Made by a program: the position numbers and the translations under genes. A model generated the notes under the pieces. That model had not been told where the DNA came from. It was given only the letters and a program-made list of their open reading frames with translations, and made no database searches. Of a stretch of DNA of 64,000 bases, positions 38,099-48,768 are shown piece after piece. This stretch comes from Squalus acanthias (Eukaryota): NCBI GenBank assembly GCA_030390025.1, contig CM059432.1, positions 17,858,001 through 17,922,000 on the forward strand. Reading direction: 5' to 3'. How positions within the stretch are numbered: position 1 is the stretch's first letter; each line of letters begins with the position of its first letter.

Positions 38099-40460
38099 TT
38101 TTTTTTTAATTCATTCCTGGGATGTGGGCATCACTGGCAGTGCCAACATTTATTGCCTTTGAGAAGGTGGTGGTGAGCCACCTTTTTGAACCGCTGCAGT
38201 CCGTGTGGTGAAGGTACTCCCACGTGCTGTTAAGGAAGGAGTTCCAGGATTTTGACCCAGCGACGATGAAGGAACAGCGATATATTTTCCAAGTCAGGAT
38301 GGTGTGTTACTTGGAGGGGAACTTGGAGGTGGTGGTGCTCCCATGCGCCTGCTACCCTTGTCCTTCTAGGTGGAAGAGGTCGCGGGTTTGGGAGGTGCTG
38401 CCGAAGAAGCCTTGGCGAGTTGCTGCAGTACATCTTGTAGATGGTACACACTGCAGCACGGTACGCCAGTGGTGGAGGAAGGGAATGTTTAAGGTGGCGG
38501 ATGGGGTGCCGATCAAGTGGGCTGCTTTGTCCTGGATGGTGTTGAGCTTCTTGAGTGTTGTTGGAGCTGCACTCATCCAGACAAGTGGAGAGTAACACCC
38601 TTATTTAAAAAGGGCAGTAGACAGAAGGCTGGTAACTATAGACTGGTTAGCCTAACATCTGTGGTAGGTAAAATTTTGGAGTCCATTATTAAGGAAACAG
38701 TAACAGGACATTTGGATAATCATAATTTAATAGGACAAAGTCAGCATGGTTTTACGAAGGGGAAGTCATGTTTGACAAATTTGCTGGAGTTCTTTGAGGA
38801 AGTAACATATAGAGTGGATAAAGGGGAACCAGTGGACGTAGTGTATTTGGACTTCCAAAAGGCATTTGACAAGGTGCCACACAAAAGATTATTGCTTAAG
38901 GTAAAAAATCACGGGATTGGGGGTAATATTCTGGCATGGATAGAGGATTGGCTATCTAACAGAAAGCAAAGAGTTGGGATAAATGGTTCATTCTCAGACT
39001 GGCAATCAGTAACTAGTGGTGTTCCACAGGGGTCAGTGCTGGGTCCCCAACTCTTCACAATCTATATTAACGATTTGGAGGAAGGGACCAAGTGTAACAT
39101 ATCAAAATTTGCAGATGATACAAAGATGGGAGGGAAAGTAGTGAGTGAGGAGGACATAAAAAACCTGCAAGGGGACATAGACAGGCTAAGTAAGTGGGCA
39201 GAGATTTGGCAGATGGAATACAACACTGGAAAGTGTGAGGTGATGCACTTTGGCAGGAAAAATCCTAGAGCAATTTATTATCTTAATGGCAAGAAACTGG
39301 AGAGTACTGAAGTGCAAAGGGATCTGGGGGTCCTGGTGCACGAAACTCAAAAGGTTAGTATGCAGGTGCAGCAAGTGATTAAGAAGGCAAATGGAATGTT
39401 GGCTTTCATTGCTAGGGGGATAGAATATAAAAATAGGGAGGTATTGCTTCAGTTGTACAAGGTATTGGTGAGACCGCACCTGGAATACTGCATACAGTTT
39501 TGGTGTCCTTACTTAAGGAAAGACATCCTTGCTCTCGAGGCAGTGCAAAAAAGGTTCACTCGGTTAATCCCGGGGATGAGGGGGTGGTCATATGAGGAGA
39601 GGTTGGGTAGATTGGGACTCTACTCATTGGAGTTCAGAAGAATGAGAGGCGATCTTATTGAAACATATAAGATTGTGAAGGGGTTGGATCGGGTGGATGC
39701 GGGGAGGATGTTCCCGATGACGGGTGAGACGAGAACTAGGGGACATAGTCTTAGAATAAGGGGCTGCTCTTTCAAAACTGAGATGAGGAGGAACTACTTC
39801 ACTCAGAGGGTGGTAGGTCCATGGAATATGCTGCCACAAAAAGCTGTAGAAGCTACAACATTAATTAAATTTAAAACAGAAATAGACAGTTTCCTAGAAG
39901 TAAAGGGCATTAAGGGTTACGGGGAGCGGGCAGGAATTTGGACATGAGTCTAGGTTCGGATCGGTCATGGCCCTGTGGGTAGTGGAGCGGGCCCAGGGAC
40001 TGTGTAGCCTGATTCTGCTCCTATTTCGTGTGTGCAATTCTGTTAGATGCAGGAGATGGTTCTGTGATAGATAGTAGATTGGCAGTTAGGATCAGATCAG
40101 CCATGATCTTATTGAATGGCGGAGCAGGCTCGAGGGGCCGATTGGCCTACTCCTGCTCCTATTTCTTATGTTCTTATGTTCTTATCACACTCCTTACTTG
40201 TGCTTTGTCGATGGTGGAAAGGCTTTGGGGAGTCAGGAGGTGAGACACTCGCCACAGAATACCCAGCCTCTGACCTGCTCTTGTTGCCACAGTATTTATG
40301 TGGCTGGTCCAGTTAAGTTTCTGGTCAATGGTGACCCCCAGGATATTGATGGTGGGGGTTTCAGCAATGGTAATGCCGTTGAATGTCAAAAGGAGGTGGT
40401 TAGAGTCTCGCTAGTTGGAGATAGTCATTGCCTGGCACTTGTGTGGCGCAAATGTTACTT
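38099..40460 (-). mobile_element. Older CR1-group LINE 3' part (38099-38594 and 40183-40460), split by the young CR1
   Basis: Reverse complement of the family at 49667-52244 (LNTIQDKAAHLIGTP; ILGVTIDQKLNWTSH). Confidence 0.8.
38595..40182 (+). mobile_element. Young CR1 LINE, near-identical to 17508-19095
   Basis: Same RT protein apart from about 2 aa differences; same 3' UTR and tail. Nested in an older LINE. Confidence 0.95.
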
Positions 40461-41189
40461 GTATTTGTGGTGGATACAGATTCAATAGTAACCTGCAAAA
40501 GGGAATTGGATAAATACTTGAAGGAGAAAAAATTGCAGGGATATGGGGAAAGAGCGGGAGAGTGGGACTAACTGGGTTGCTCTTTGAAAGAGCCGGCACA
40601 GACTCGATGGGCCGAATGGCCTCCTTCAGTGCTGTACTGTTCTATAATTCTATGATTCTAGAAGTGCTTTAGTTGCACTATTCCATGTAATTATTTGGCC
40701 ATTACTAATAACAATTCAAGTGAATTTTAATAAATAATAAAAGTAAAAATCTGAGGCAACCAGTATCAATATCAAACACGACCAGATAGGCTTTAACACA
40801 GTTAGATGAATCGAAAAGCTTCCTGTAACCTCAAAAGACCATCCCTACTCATAATGTGCACCATTTTCATCTTAGGTACCAGCCAATGACATAGCCAAGT
40901 GAGGAGGTTGCCAATTAAAGGTATCATAGAATCATAGAATGATACAACAACAACAACTTGTATTTATATAGCACTTTTAACGTAGTAAAACGTCCCAAGG
41001 CGCTGCACAGGAGTATTGTAAGACAAAAAATTTGACATCGAGACACATAAGGATAAATTAGGGCAGGTGACCAAAAGCTTGGTCAAAGAGATAGGTTTTA
41101 AGGAGCGTCTTAAAGGACAAAAGAGAGGTAGCGAGACGGAGAGGTTTAGGGAGTACAGAAGGAGGCCATTCGGCCCATTGTGAGGATGT

Positions 41190-42453
41190 CCTGGAGGGGT
41201 CAAGGACTGAATCTATTTGGTTAGAGTTAAGAAACAATAGAGGTGCCATTACACTATTAGATGTATTCTATAGGCCACCTAATAGTGGGAAGGATATAGA
41301 GGAGCAAATTTGCAGGGAAATTACAGAGAGGTGCAAGAACTATAGAGTAGTGATAATGGGGGACTTCAATTATCCTAATATAGACTGGGATAGTAATAGT
41401 GTAAAGGGCAGAGAGGGGGAAGAATTTCTGAAGTGTGTTCAGGAGAGCTTTCTTGATCAGTATGTTTCCGGCCCAACGAGGCAGGAGGCATTGCTGGATC
41501 TGGTTCTGGGGAATGAGATGGATCAGGTGGATCAAATGTCAATAGGTGAACAGCGATCATAGTATCATAAGGTTTAGATTAGCCATGGAAAAGGACAGGG
41601 AGCAATCTAGAGTTAAAATACTTAGGGGGAGAAATTCGGTGGGTTAGCGCCTCCCGTTAGCGCCCCTGGGGGGCGCTAAAGGGGCACTAACGACTTACCG
41701 CCTGGGCACGGCGAGATGAACGACTCCCGCCAACTTGGCCGGGAGGTTTGCAGCGGCAGTAACACTTTGCGTCACGATTTCCTGCACCCAGAGATCGTGA
41801 CATCATTGCCGTGCGCATCGCCCCGGTAGCGCCCCGGACCCGAACTTCGGTTCCGCCCCCTGCAGCATCGCCGGGCGAAAACACCGACAGCTGCAGGAGG
41901 CGTTATTCGGGAGGCCGGGCGCTTCAGGGGCGGAAGTTAAAGGGGAGGTTGCCAAGGTCAGTAGGAACATTTCTAAAATGCTTTTTTTCAATTTTTTTCA
42001 AATCTCCTGAGCCGCGATCGATCAGCCTGGCACTCTGCTGGAGTGCATGAGGCTGATCGGGCCGGATCATGGCTTTCGTCGGGGACCAGCTAACTGGTCC
42101 CAATGCAAAGCCTGCAGCAATGGCCCTTCCCTTTAAGGGGGGGGGAAGGAACCTCAGATTGCGGCAGCGCTGCACGGCCCATTGTGCAGCACTGCACCAC
42201 TACCGCCCCGCCTGCGTCCTTCAGCGCTCCAGGAAGGAAGTGGAGCGCTTGATTTAGCTCCACTTCCTTCCTGGAGCGCAAACACCGAATTTTGCAAGAG
42301 CTGGGAATCATTAGCGCTTGGCACTAAGTTTCCCAGCTTGCAAAAGCTACCGCCCCCAAACGGGACAGTATCGAATTTCCCCCCCTTAATTGGAGGAGGG
42401 TCAATTTCAGTGGGTTGAGAACAGATCTGGCCCGGGTAAATTGGAATCAAAGA
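41190..42453 (+). mobile_element. CR1 endonuclease-region fragment, interrupted by the MITE at 41625-42385
   Basis: IMGDFNYPNIDW...LLDLVLGN; the reading continues across the TTA TSD. Confidence 0.8.
41625..42385. mobile_element. Harbinger MITE
   Basis: TIR GGGGGAGAAATT / GGGGGGGAAATT(rc), TSD TTA. It interrupts a CR1 ORF2. Shares gcgcctcccgttagcgcc with the autonomous element. Confidence 0.9.
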
Positions 42454-42970
42454 GTCATGGGGGTAAAAATTCAGTTGGTTGCGCCTCCCGTTAGCGCCTT
42501 AAGAGGGCGCTAATGGGGCGCAAAGCCGCTAACGCCCGGGCGCAGCGATGTTTGCGCCGCTCGGGAACTTAACTAGAGATTGTGCGGCGGCGCTAAACTT
42601 TACCGCTACGACCACCTGCGCGCGCAGATTGTGACGTCATTCCATGGTGCAACGCCCTTGTGGCGCCCCGGAGCGGAAATTGAGTGGCGCCCCCTGCCTT
42701 ACCGCCTGGCGCATCCAACGACCGGAAGACTGGAACGCTATCAATCGCTGTGGGGCTGGGGGGGGCGCTATTTAAAGGGGGCCTCTTCCTGTCTTTTTCT
42801 GTGGTTGACATTTTTGCACCACTCGTTCTGAGAGAGAGAGAGAGATTCGGAGAGAGAGAAAGAGAGACTTCTGCATTGAGTCAACGCTTTGTGAGGTAGT
42901 TTTGCCTACTGATCCTAACTTCGCTAGTACTTTAGTTGCTGTCCTTCATTACTTTGCTTGCAAAGAGACT

Positions 42971-44131
42971 ATGGGGGCTGCACTGATTGGGGGCGTCGTC
43001 CTGCTCCAGCTGAATCGGAGGACACAGAGACGCAGAGAGAGAGTGGCAATGATGGCCAGACGGAGGAGGGCCAACAGGCGTATGTACAGGAGAGCTTACC
43101 CTCCCAGGGTATATCGTGAACAGCTCTCCTACATTCATATGTCTGAGGAGCTGTGTTTGCGAAGGCTGCGATTCAGCAAGGAGGTGGTCACTGAGCTCTG
43201 CCACCTGCTGCAGCCAGATCTGCAGCCTCAACTGAGGTCCAGGACGTCTCTGTCGGTGGCAGTGAAGGTCACAGTGGCTCTCAACTTCTACGCTACTGGC
43301 TCATTTCAAGCTGCTGCTGGGGACCTCGCCAATATCTCCCAGTTCGCGGTGCATTGCTGCATCCGGCAGGTCACAAATGCCCTCTTTAAAAGGAGACGAG
43401 AATTCATCTCTTTCCCCATGACCCCAGACAAGCAGCGTGACCGCACTCTGGGCTTTGCGAGGATAGCGGGCTTCCCCATGGTGCAGGGCGCCATTGACTG
43501 CACGCATGTGGCTTTGCGTGCTCCGCATGAGAATGCCGAGGAATTCCGGAACAGAAAGGGGTTCCATTCCTTGAATGTTCAGTTGGTCTGTGACCACAGA
43601 CAGCTGATACTCGCTGTCAATGCCCACTATCCTGGCAGCTGCCACGATGCTTTTATCCTGCGCCAGACTACTGTGGCAGAACTTTTCGAGGCACCGCATC
43701 AGCCAGTTGGTTGGCTTCTCGGGGACAAGGGGTATGCATTGAGCACCTGGCTGATGACACCGCTCTGTACGCCCAACACCCCTGCTGAGCTGCGGTACAA
43801 TGAGAGCCATCAAGCTACCAGGAACATAATTGAGCGCACAATCGGCGTGCTGAAGCAACGGTTCCGCTGTCTCGACCATTCTGGAGGAGCCCTGCAGTAC
43901 TCGCCTGAGCGAGTATCCAACTTCGTAGTTGTGTGCTGCATGTTGCATAACATGGCAATCGTCAGGACCCAGCCAATGCCACCAGGCCTTGGAGCACCAC
44001 CAGAGGAGGAGGAGGAAGAGGAGGAAGAGGACGAGGAGGATGATCATCAGCAGCACCAAGGCGGGAGGGCGGCCCACAATGGTGAAACTGCAAGGGCCGT
44101 CCGTCAACGGCTAATAGCAAGCCGCTTCTAG
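42971..44131 (+). CDS. Harbinger (HARBI1-like) DDE transposase, 386 aa, uninterrupted
   Basis: Motifs GFPMVQGAIDCTH, RNRKGFHSLNVQLVCD, YPGSCHDAFIL, LLGDKGY, RNIIERTIGVLKQRFRCL and CCMLHN. N-terminal HTH region (VALNFYATGSFQ) and acidic tail. First ATG at 42971, TAG at 44129-44131. Confidence 0.95.
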   Translation: MGAALIGGVVLLQLNRRTQRRRERVAMMARRRRANRRMYRRAYPPRVYREQLSYIHMSEELCLRRLRFSKEVVTELCHLLQPDLQPQLRSRTSLSVAVKVTVALNFYATGSFQAAAGDLANISQFAVHCCIRQVTNALFKRRREFISFPMTPDKQRDRTLGFARIAGFPMVQGAIDCTHVALRAPHENAEEFRNRKGFHSLNVQLVCDHRQLILAVNAHYPGSCHDAFILRQTTVAELFEAPHQPVGWLLGDKGYALSTWLMTPLCTPNTPAELRYNESHQATRNIIERTIGVLKQRFRCLDHSGGALQYSPERVSNFVVVCCMLHNMAIVRTQPMPPGLGAPPEEEEEEEEEDEEDDHQQHQGGRAAHNGETARAVRQRLIASRF

Positions 44132-44564
44132 GGCCCCTGCTGTGGAAATGGCTTCTGCCATTGCTAACAACATCAATGAACCCAGCACGCAACCCCTAAG
44201 CCGGCCAAGGCACCAATAATTCCAAACACCAACCATGTATATTTTGAATACAGAAACTTATTTATTTTACAAACTCTGTGTGTGTCAATTCCTCATGACA
44301 AACTCATAGAAATAAACACAAAAAAACAGTCAATAACATAACTGGTTCTCACAACCTGGAGATAATGTCCAAAACACTAAACAAAAGTTGGACCATGAAC
44401 CTCGACCTTTAATAAAAAAATGACCAGCATTTTGTCACACCTCCTACTTTTTGCCCTTCGAGGGTGATCTCCTTCCCTTGCGCACTTCCCCCCTTCTAAC
44501 CCTACTGCTCCTCCGTAATGGGACCTCAGTGGCTGCAGCAAGGCTGGTGGAAGGCTGCTGCTCG

Positions 44565-46372
44565 TCAGACCCTGACACTGCAGATGCCCCCTGAAGGACG
44601 GCCTCGACCAGTTCTGGGCCTGGAGGGCCCGGCTGCAGACTGCACCAACTCTGCATGGGCGGCAGCAGTCTGTCCTACAGGCGGTGGCAAGTGCAGTGGA
44701 GAAGTGACAGTGTTGGCAGCAGGAATGCTGTCATCGTGAGAGAGGACAGCAACTCCCTGCTCGCCCGACACACTGGCACTCCCACGGGGCAGCACTTCAG
44801 CATCCGGAGCATTCTGCTGGAGAACAGATTGCTGGCCTGCTGCGGCGCGGTGAGAGCCCCGGGGACATGTGAACGAACCATCGAGGTTGGCAGCAGTCTG
44901 TGCTCGCGTGGCCTCAATCTGAGTCTGCATGAGAGCAGTCAGAGATGGGATCACGGCAGCCAGTGACTGAATTGCAGCACTAAGCGTTAGTGTGGCATCC
45001 GCCTGTGCTACAGCGAAGTGCTCCACACTCCTTGCCAGTGACTCAATGCATTCGGGCACCCTTCCCACTGCACCCATGAGCTCAGTGTGCATGCCCACCG
45101 CCTGGGTGTTCATTTCTGCGATCAGCCGCTCCTCCTCTGCGTCCATTGCAGTAGGAGTCGCTGGCATACTCTCCCTCTGGGGAGAAGGCCCCCGTTCTTC
45201 CCTACCCCCATGGCGTTGCTGCAGCCCGCTGGGTCCTGGAGCTTCACCCTCATCAGACCCTTCCCCCCTGCTCCCCTCCAGGGAAGGCGTGTTCCCAGTG
45301 TGGGCATGGGCTTCCTCGGGAGAGGGTGGCACTGATGCTCCGGCTTCCTCTTCCTCCTCGGCTGCAGCTTCACTCCCAGTGGCAGCTTCAGGGCCCGTCT
45401 CCTCAGCTGGTGAATCACCATCTGAAAGCAGGGAGGTACAAGAGTGGCTTTAGCGTGAGGACAGGGTGGCAGTAAGGGAGGAATAAGTGCAGCGAGTTAG
45501 CAAGTTGGATTGAAAGTGTCAAAGGCTGGTGTTGTGAGGGACAAGTGGAAGGACAGAGGACAAAAAGGTGATGACCTTACCATTGCTGTCCAGAACGGGG
45601 TCGGCGTCTCCAGTGGCGACGGGACCGATCACCCGGCTTGCCACAATCCTGTGGACGCGCTCCTCAAGATCGCTGAGGGGTTGCAGCTGAGGCCGCCCTC
45701 CACCTGTCCGTTGCTGCTGTCTCCTATTATGCGCCAGCTTGGCCTGCAAGAAAAAGGACAGCATCTGAGTAAATATACAGCCATGGTCTTGCCTGATGTG
45801 CCTCCCATAGGTGAATAGCCCTTACTGTATACAGCCATGGTCTTGCCTGATGTGCCTCCCATAGGTGAATAGCCCTTACTGTATGCAGCCATGGTCTTGC
45901 CTGATGTGCCTCCCATAGGTGAATAGCCCTTACTGTATGCAGCCATGGTCTTGCCTGATGTGCCTCCCATAGGTGAATAGCCCTTACTGTATGCAAAGTG
46001 TGGAATGTATGTGTGTGTTTCATGAAAGGGCCATAGGTGTTGGATGAGTGTTGTGCATTGGGGTTTTAAGACCCTCTGGCCATAGAGTGAGGTTGAGATG
46101 GAGGGATGGAGAGGTATTGAGAAAAAGCCATTCACCCTGACGACCCGAGTGAGGTCGTTGAACTTTTTGCGGCATTGAGTATGGGTCCTGGGCACCATGC
46201 TCCTAGAGGAGACGCTCTGAGCCACCTCCCTCCACACTCTTCTGTACTCGCGTGGCAAAGGCCTCCTGCCACTCTCAGGGAAGAGTATACATCTTCTGCG
46301 CTCCACCGCGCCAACCAGAGCATCCAAGCCCCACTCGGTGAAGCGATGAGCTCGTTCTCTCACCCTCTCCAT
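44565..46372 (-). CDS. Harbinger Myb/SANT-like DNA-binding protein, 3 exons: 46372-46136, 45743-45581, 45421-44565 (~418 aa)
   Basis: Exon 1 MERVRERAHRFTEWGLDALV...VWREVAQSVSSRSMVPRTHTQCRKKFNDL is a trihelix/Myb-like domain. GT-AG introns with consistent phases (0 and 1). Exon 2 begins AKLAHNRRQQQRTGGG; exon 3 has acidic and coiled-coil-like regions. Confidence 0.85.
45774..45995. repeat. 54-bp minisatellite, 4 full copies plus 6 bp, in intron 1 of the Harbinger Myb-like gene
   Basis: Unit tatRcagccatggtcttgcctgatgtgcctcccataggtgaatagcccttactg at 45774, 45828, 45882 and 45936. Confidence 0.95.
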
Positions 46373-46731
46373 CCTTGGCAGCAAAATGGATTCACAGGTC
46401 TCTCCAGGCCGAGATTCAAGGCTGCAATGAGCAGGGTGTGGCTGGGGAGCAAGTTGGCCCCCCCCGCTTTAAGAAGTGGCCGGCGCCAGTGTGTCTGTGT
46501 TCCCTCGCTAACTGGCAGCAGCTGCGCTGCGCTCGCGCGCTGAGTTAGCGCCTCACTGCTCGGCCTTTGCGCCTTAAGACAGGTGTGCAGCGCCTGATTT
46601 AGCGCTCCACTCACCTCCCGGGGCGGTAAAAGTGAAGTTTCCAGTCAGTGGCGATAATTAGCGCCAGGCGCTAATATTTGCGTCCAGACGATATTTGCGC
46701 CCCAAATGGGGCGCGACCTAATTTTTCCCCC

Positions 46732-48768
46732 ATAGAGTCATAACAGCACAGAGGAGGCCATTCGGCCCATCGAGTCTGTGCCGGCTCTCTGTGGAGCAAT
46801 CCAGTCAGTCCCATTTCCCCATCTCTATCTCCGTAGCCCTGCAAGTTTATTTCCCTCAAGTGCCTCTCCAGTCTCCCCTTGAAAACATTGAGTGTCTCCG
46901 CTTCCGCCACTTCCGTCGGCAGCGAGTTCCAGGTCCTCACCACTCGCTGCATAAAAAGGTTTTTCATCACATCCCCCTTGTATCTCTTGCCCAAATCTTA
47001 AATCTGTGTCCCCAAGTCCTTGTACCATCAACTAGTGGGAACAGCCTTTCCCCGTCTAGCCTATCCAAACCCGTCATAATCTTGTACACCTCTATCAAGT
47101 CACCCCTCAACTTCCTTTGCTCTAATGAAAACAAAGCCAGCTTCTCCAATCTGTCCTTGTAGCTAAGATCCCCCATCCCCGGAACCATTCTGGTAAATCT
47201 CCTCTGCACCCTCTCAAGTGCCTTCACATCCTTCCTAACGTGTGGTGACCAGAACTGGACGCAATACTCTAGTTATGGCCTAACCAGCGCTTTATAAAGG
47301 TTCAGCATAACTTCTCTACTTTTGTACTCATTTATTTATGAAGCCCAAGATCCCATATGCTTTGTTAACCACTCTCTCAATATGTCCCGCCACCTTCAGG
47401 GACTTATGCACATAAACTCCCAGGTCCCTCTGTCCCTGCACATTCTTTAAAACTGTGCCATTAAGTGTATATTGCCTCTCCCTGTTCCTTCTGCCAAAAT
47501 GCATCACCTCACACTTCTCTGTATTAAATTCCATCTGCCACTTGTCTGCCCATTCTGCTAGCCTTTCTATGTCCTGTTGCAGTCGATTGGTATCATCCTC
47601 ACTGTTTGCCACACCCCCAAGTTTGGTGTCATTGGCAAATTTAGAAATTCTACTCTGTATTCCAATATCCAGGTCCTTTATATATATCAAAAAAAGCGGT
47701 GGCCCCAGCACTGACCCTTGGGGAACACCACTGTCTACCATCCTCTAGTCTGAAAAACAGCCATTTACCACAACTCGCTGTTTTCTGTCCTTAAGACAAC
47801 TCCTTTTCCAAGCTGCCACTGACCCACCTATTCCATGAGCCTCATAGAATCATAGAATCATAGAAGATAGGAGCTGGAGTAGGCCATTCGGCCCTTCTAG
47901 CCTGCTCCGCCATTCAATGCGATCATGGCTGATCATCCAAATTCATTACCCTGTCCCTGCTTTCTCCCCATATCCTTGATCCCTTTAGCCTTAAGAAATA
48001 TATCCAACTCCTTCTTGAATCTATTCAATGAATTAGCCTCTACTGCCTTCCATGGCAGAGAATTCCACAGGTTCACCACTCTCTGGGTGAAGAAATTCCT
48101 CCTCATTTCTGTCCTAAATGGCTTACCACTTATCCTTAGACTGTGACCCCTGGTTCTGGACTCCCCGACCATCGGGAACATCCTTCCTGCATCTAGTTTG
48201 TCCTGTCCTGTCAGAATTTTATAAGTTTCAATGAGATCCCCTCTCATTCTTCTAAATTCCAGCGAGTATAAGCCCAATCGACCCAATCTCTCTTCATACG
48301 TCATTCCTGCCATCCCAGGTATCAGCCTTGTGAATCTTCGCTGAACTCCTTCCATGGCAAGAACATCCTTCCTCAGATAATTTTGTTAACCAGCCTTCTA
48401 TGTGGTACTTTGTCAAACGCCTTCCAAAAATCCATGTAGACAACATCCATTGCATCAATCCTCCCTGTTACTTCATCAAAAAATTCAACTAGATTAGTCA
48501 AACACGATCTGCCTTTTACAAATCCGTGTTGGCTCTCCTTAATTAGCTTAAACCTCTCCAAGTGCCCATTAATTTTTTCCTTAATTATTGTTTCTAAAAC
48601 TTTACCCACCACTGATGTTAAATTGACCGGCCTCTAGTTACTAGGATTGTCCTTACACACTTTCTTGAACAATGGTGTCACATTTGCTACTTTCCAATCC
48701 CCAGGTACCTCCCCCGCATCTAGGGAAGATTGGAAAACTATGGCAAGCCCTTCCGCTATCTCCTCCCT
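46732..48768 (-). mobile_element. CR1 fragments: 46732-47843 and 48375-48768, with a nested CR1 3' end at 47844-48374
   Basis: RT ORFs at 46967-47227, 47328-47741, 47933-48355 and 48373-48612; two CR1 tails. Confidence 0.8.

Larger units (their letters stand above)
37880..40640 (+). mobile_element. CR1 3' end (37880-38098 and 40467-40640), outermost layer of a triple nest
   Basis: ...tggaatgcactgcctgatagggt resumes at gtggtggatacagattcaatag; ends in the CR1 stem-loop and (attctatg) tail. Confidence 0.75.
42460..46731 (+). mobile_element. Full-length PIF/Harbinger DNA transposon (transposase plus Myb/SANT-like gene)
   Basis: 12-bp TIRs GGGGTAAAAATT / GGGGGAAAAATT(rc). 3-bp TSD ATG/ATA (1 mismatch) inside the (atagagtc)n tail of a CR1. 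GC-rich subterminal regions with repeated TTAGCGCC/GGCGCTAA. Two convergent genes. Confidence 0.93.

Noticed and set aside
42902..42970. TTG-initiated N-terminal extension of the transposase
   Set aside because: A eukaryotic gene would most likely start at the ATG at 42971.
43301..44107. 268-aa antisense ORF over the transposase
   Set aside because: Shadow ORF of a GC-rich coding strand with no recognisable motifs.
42971..44131. Domesticated host gene HARBI1 with NAIF1/MSANTD
   Set aside because: It is flanked by TIRs and a TSD, and inserted in a CR1 tail, so it is a transposon copy.
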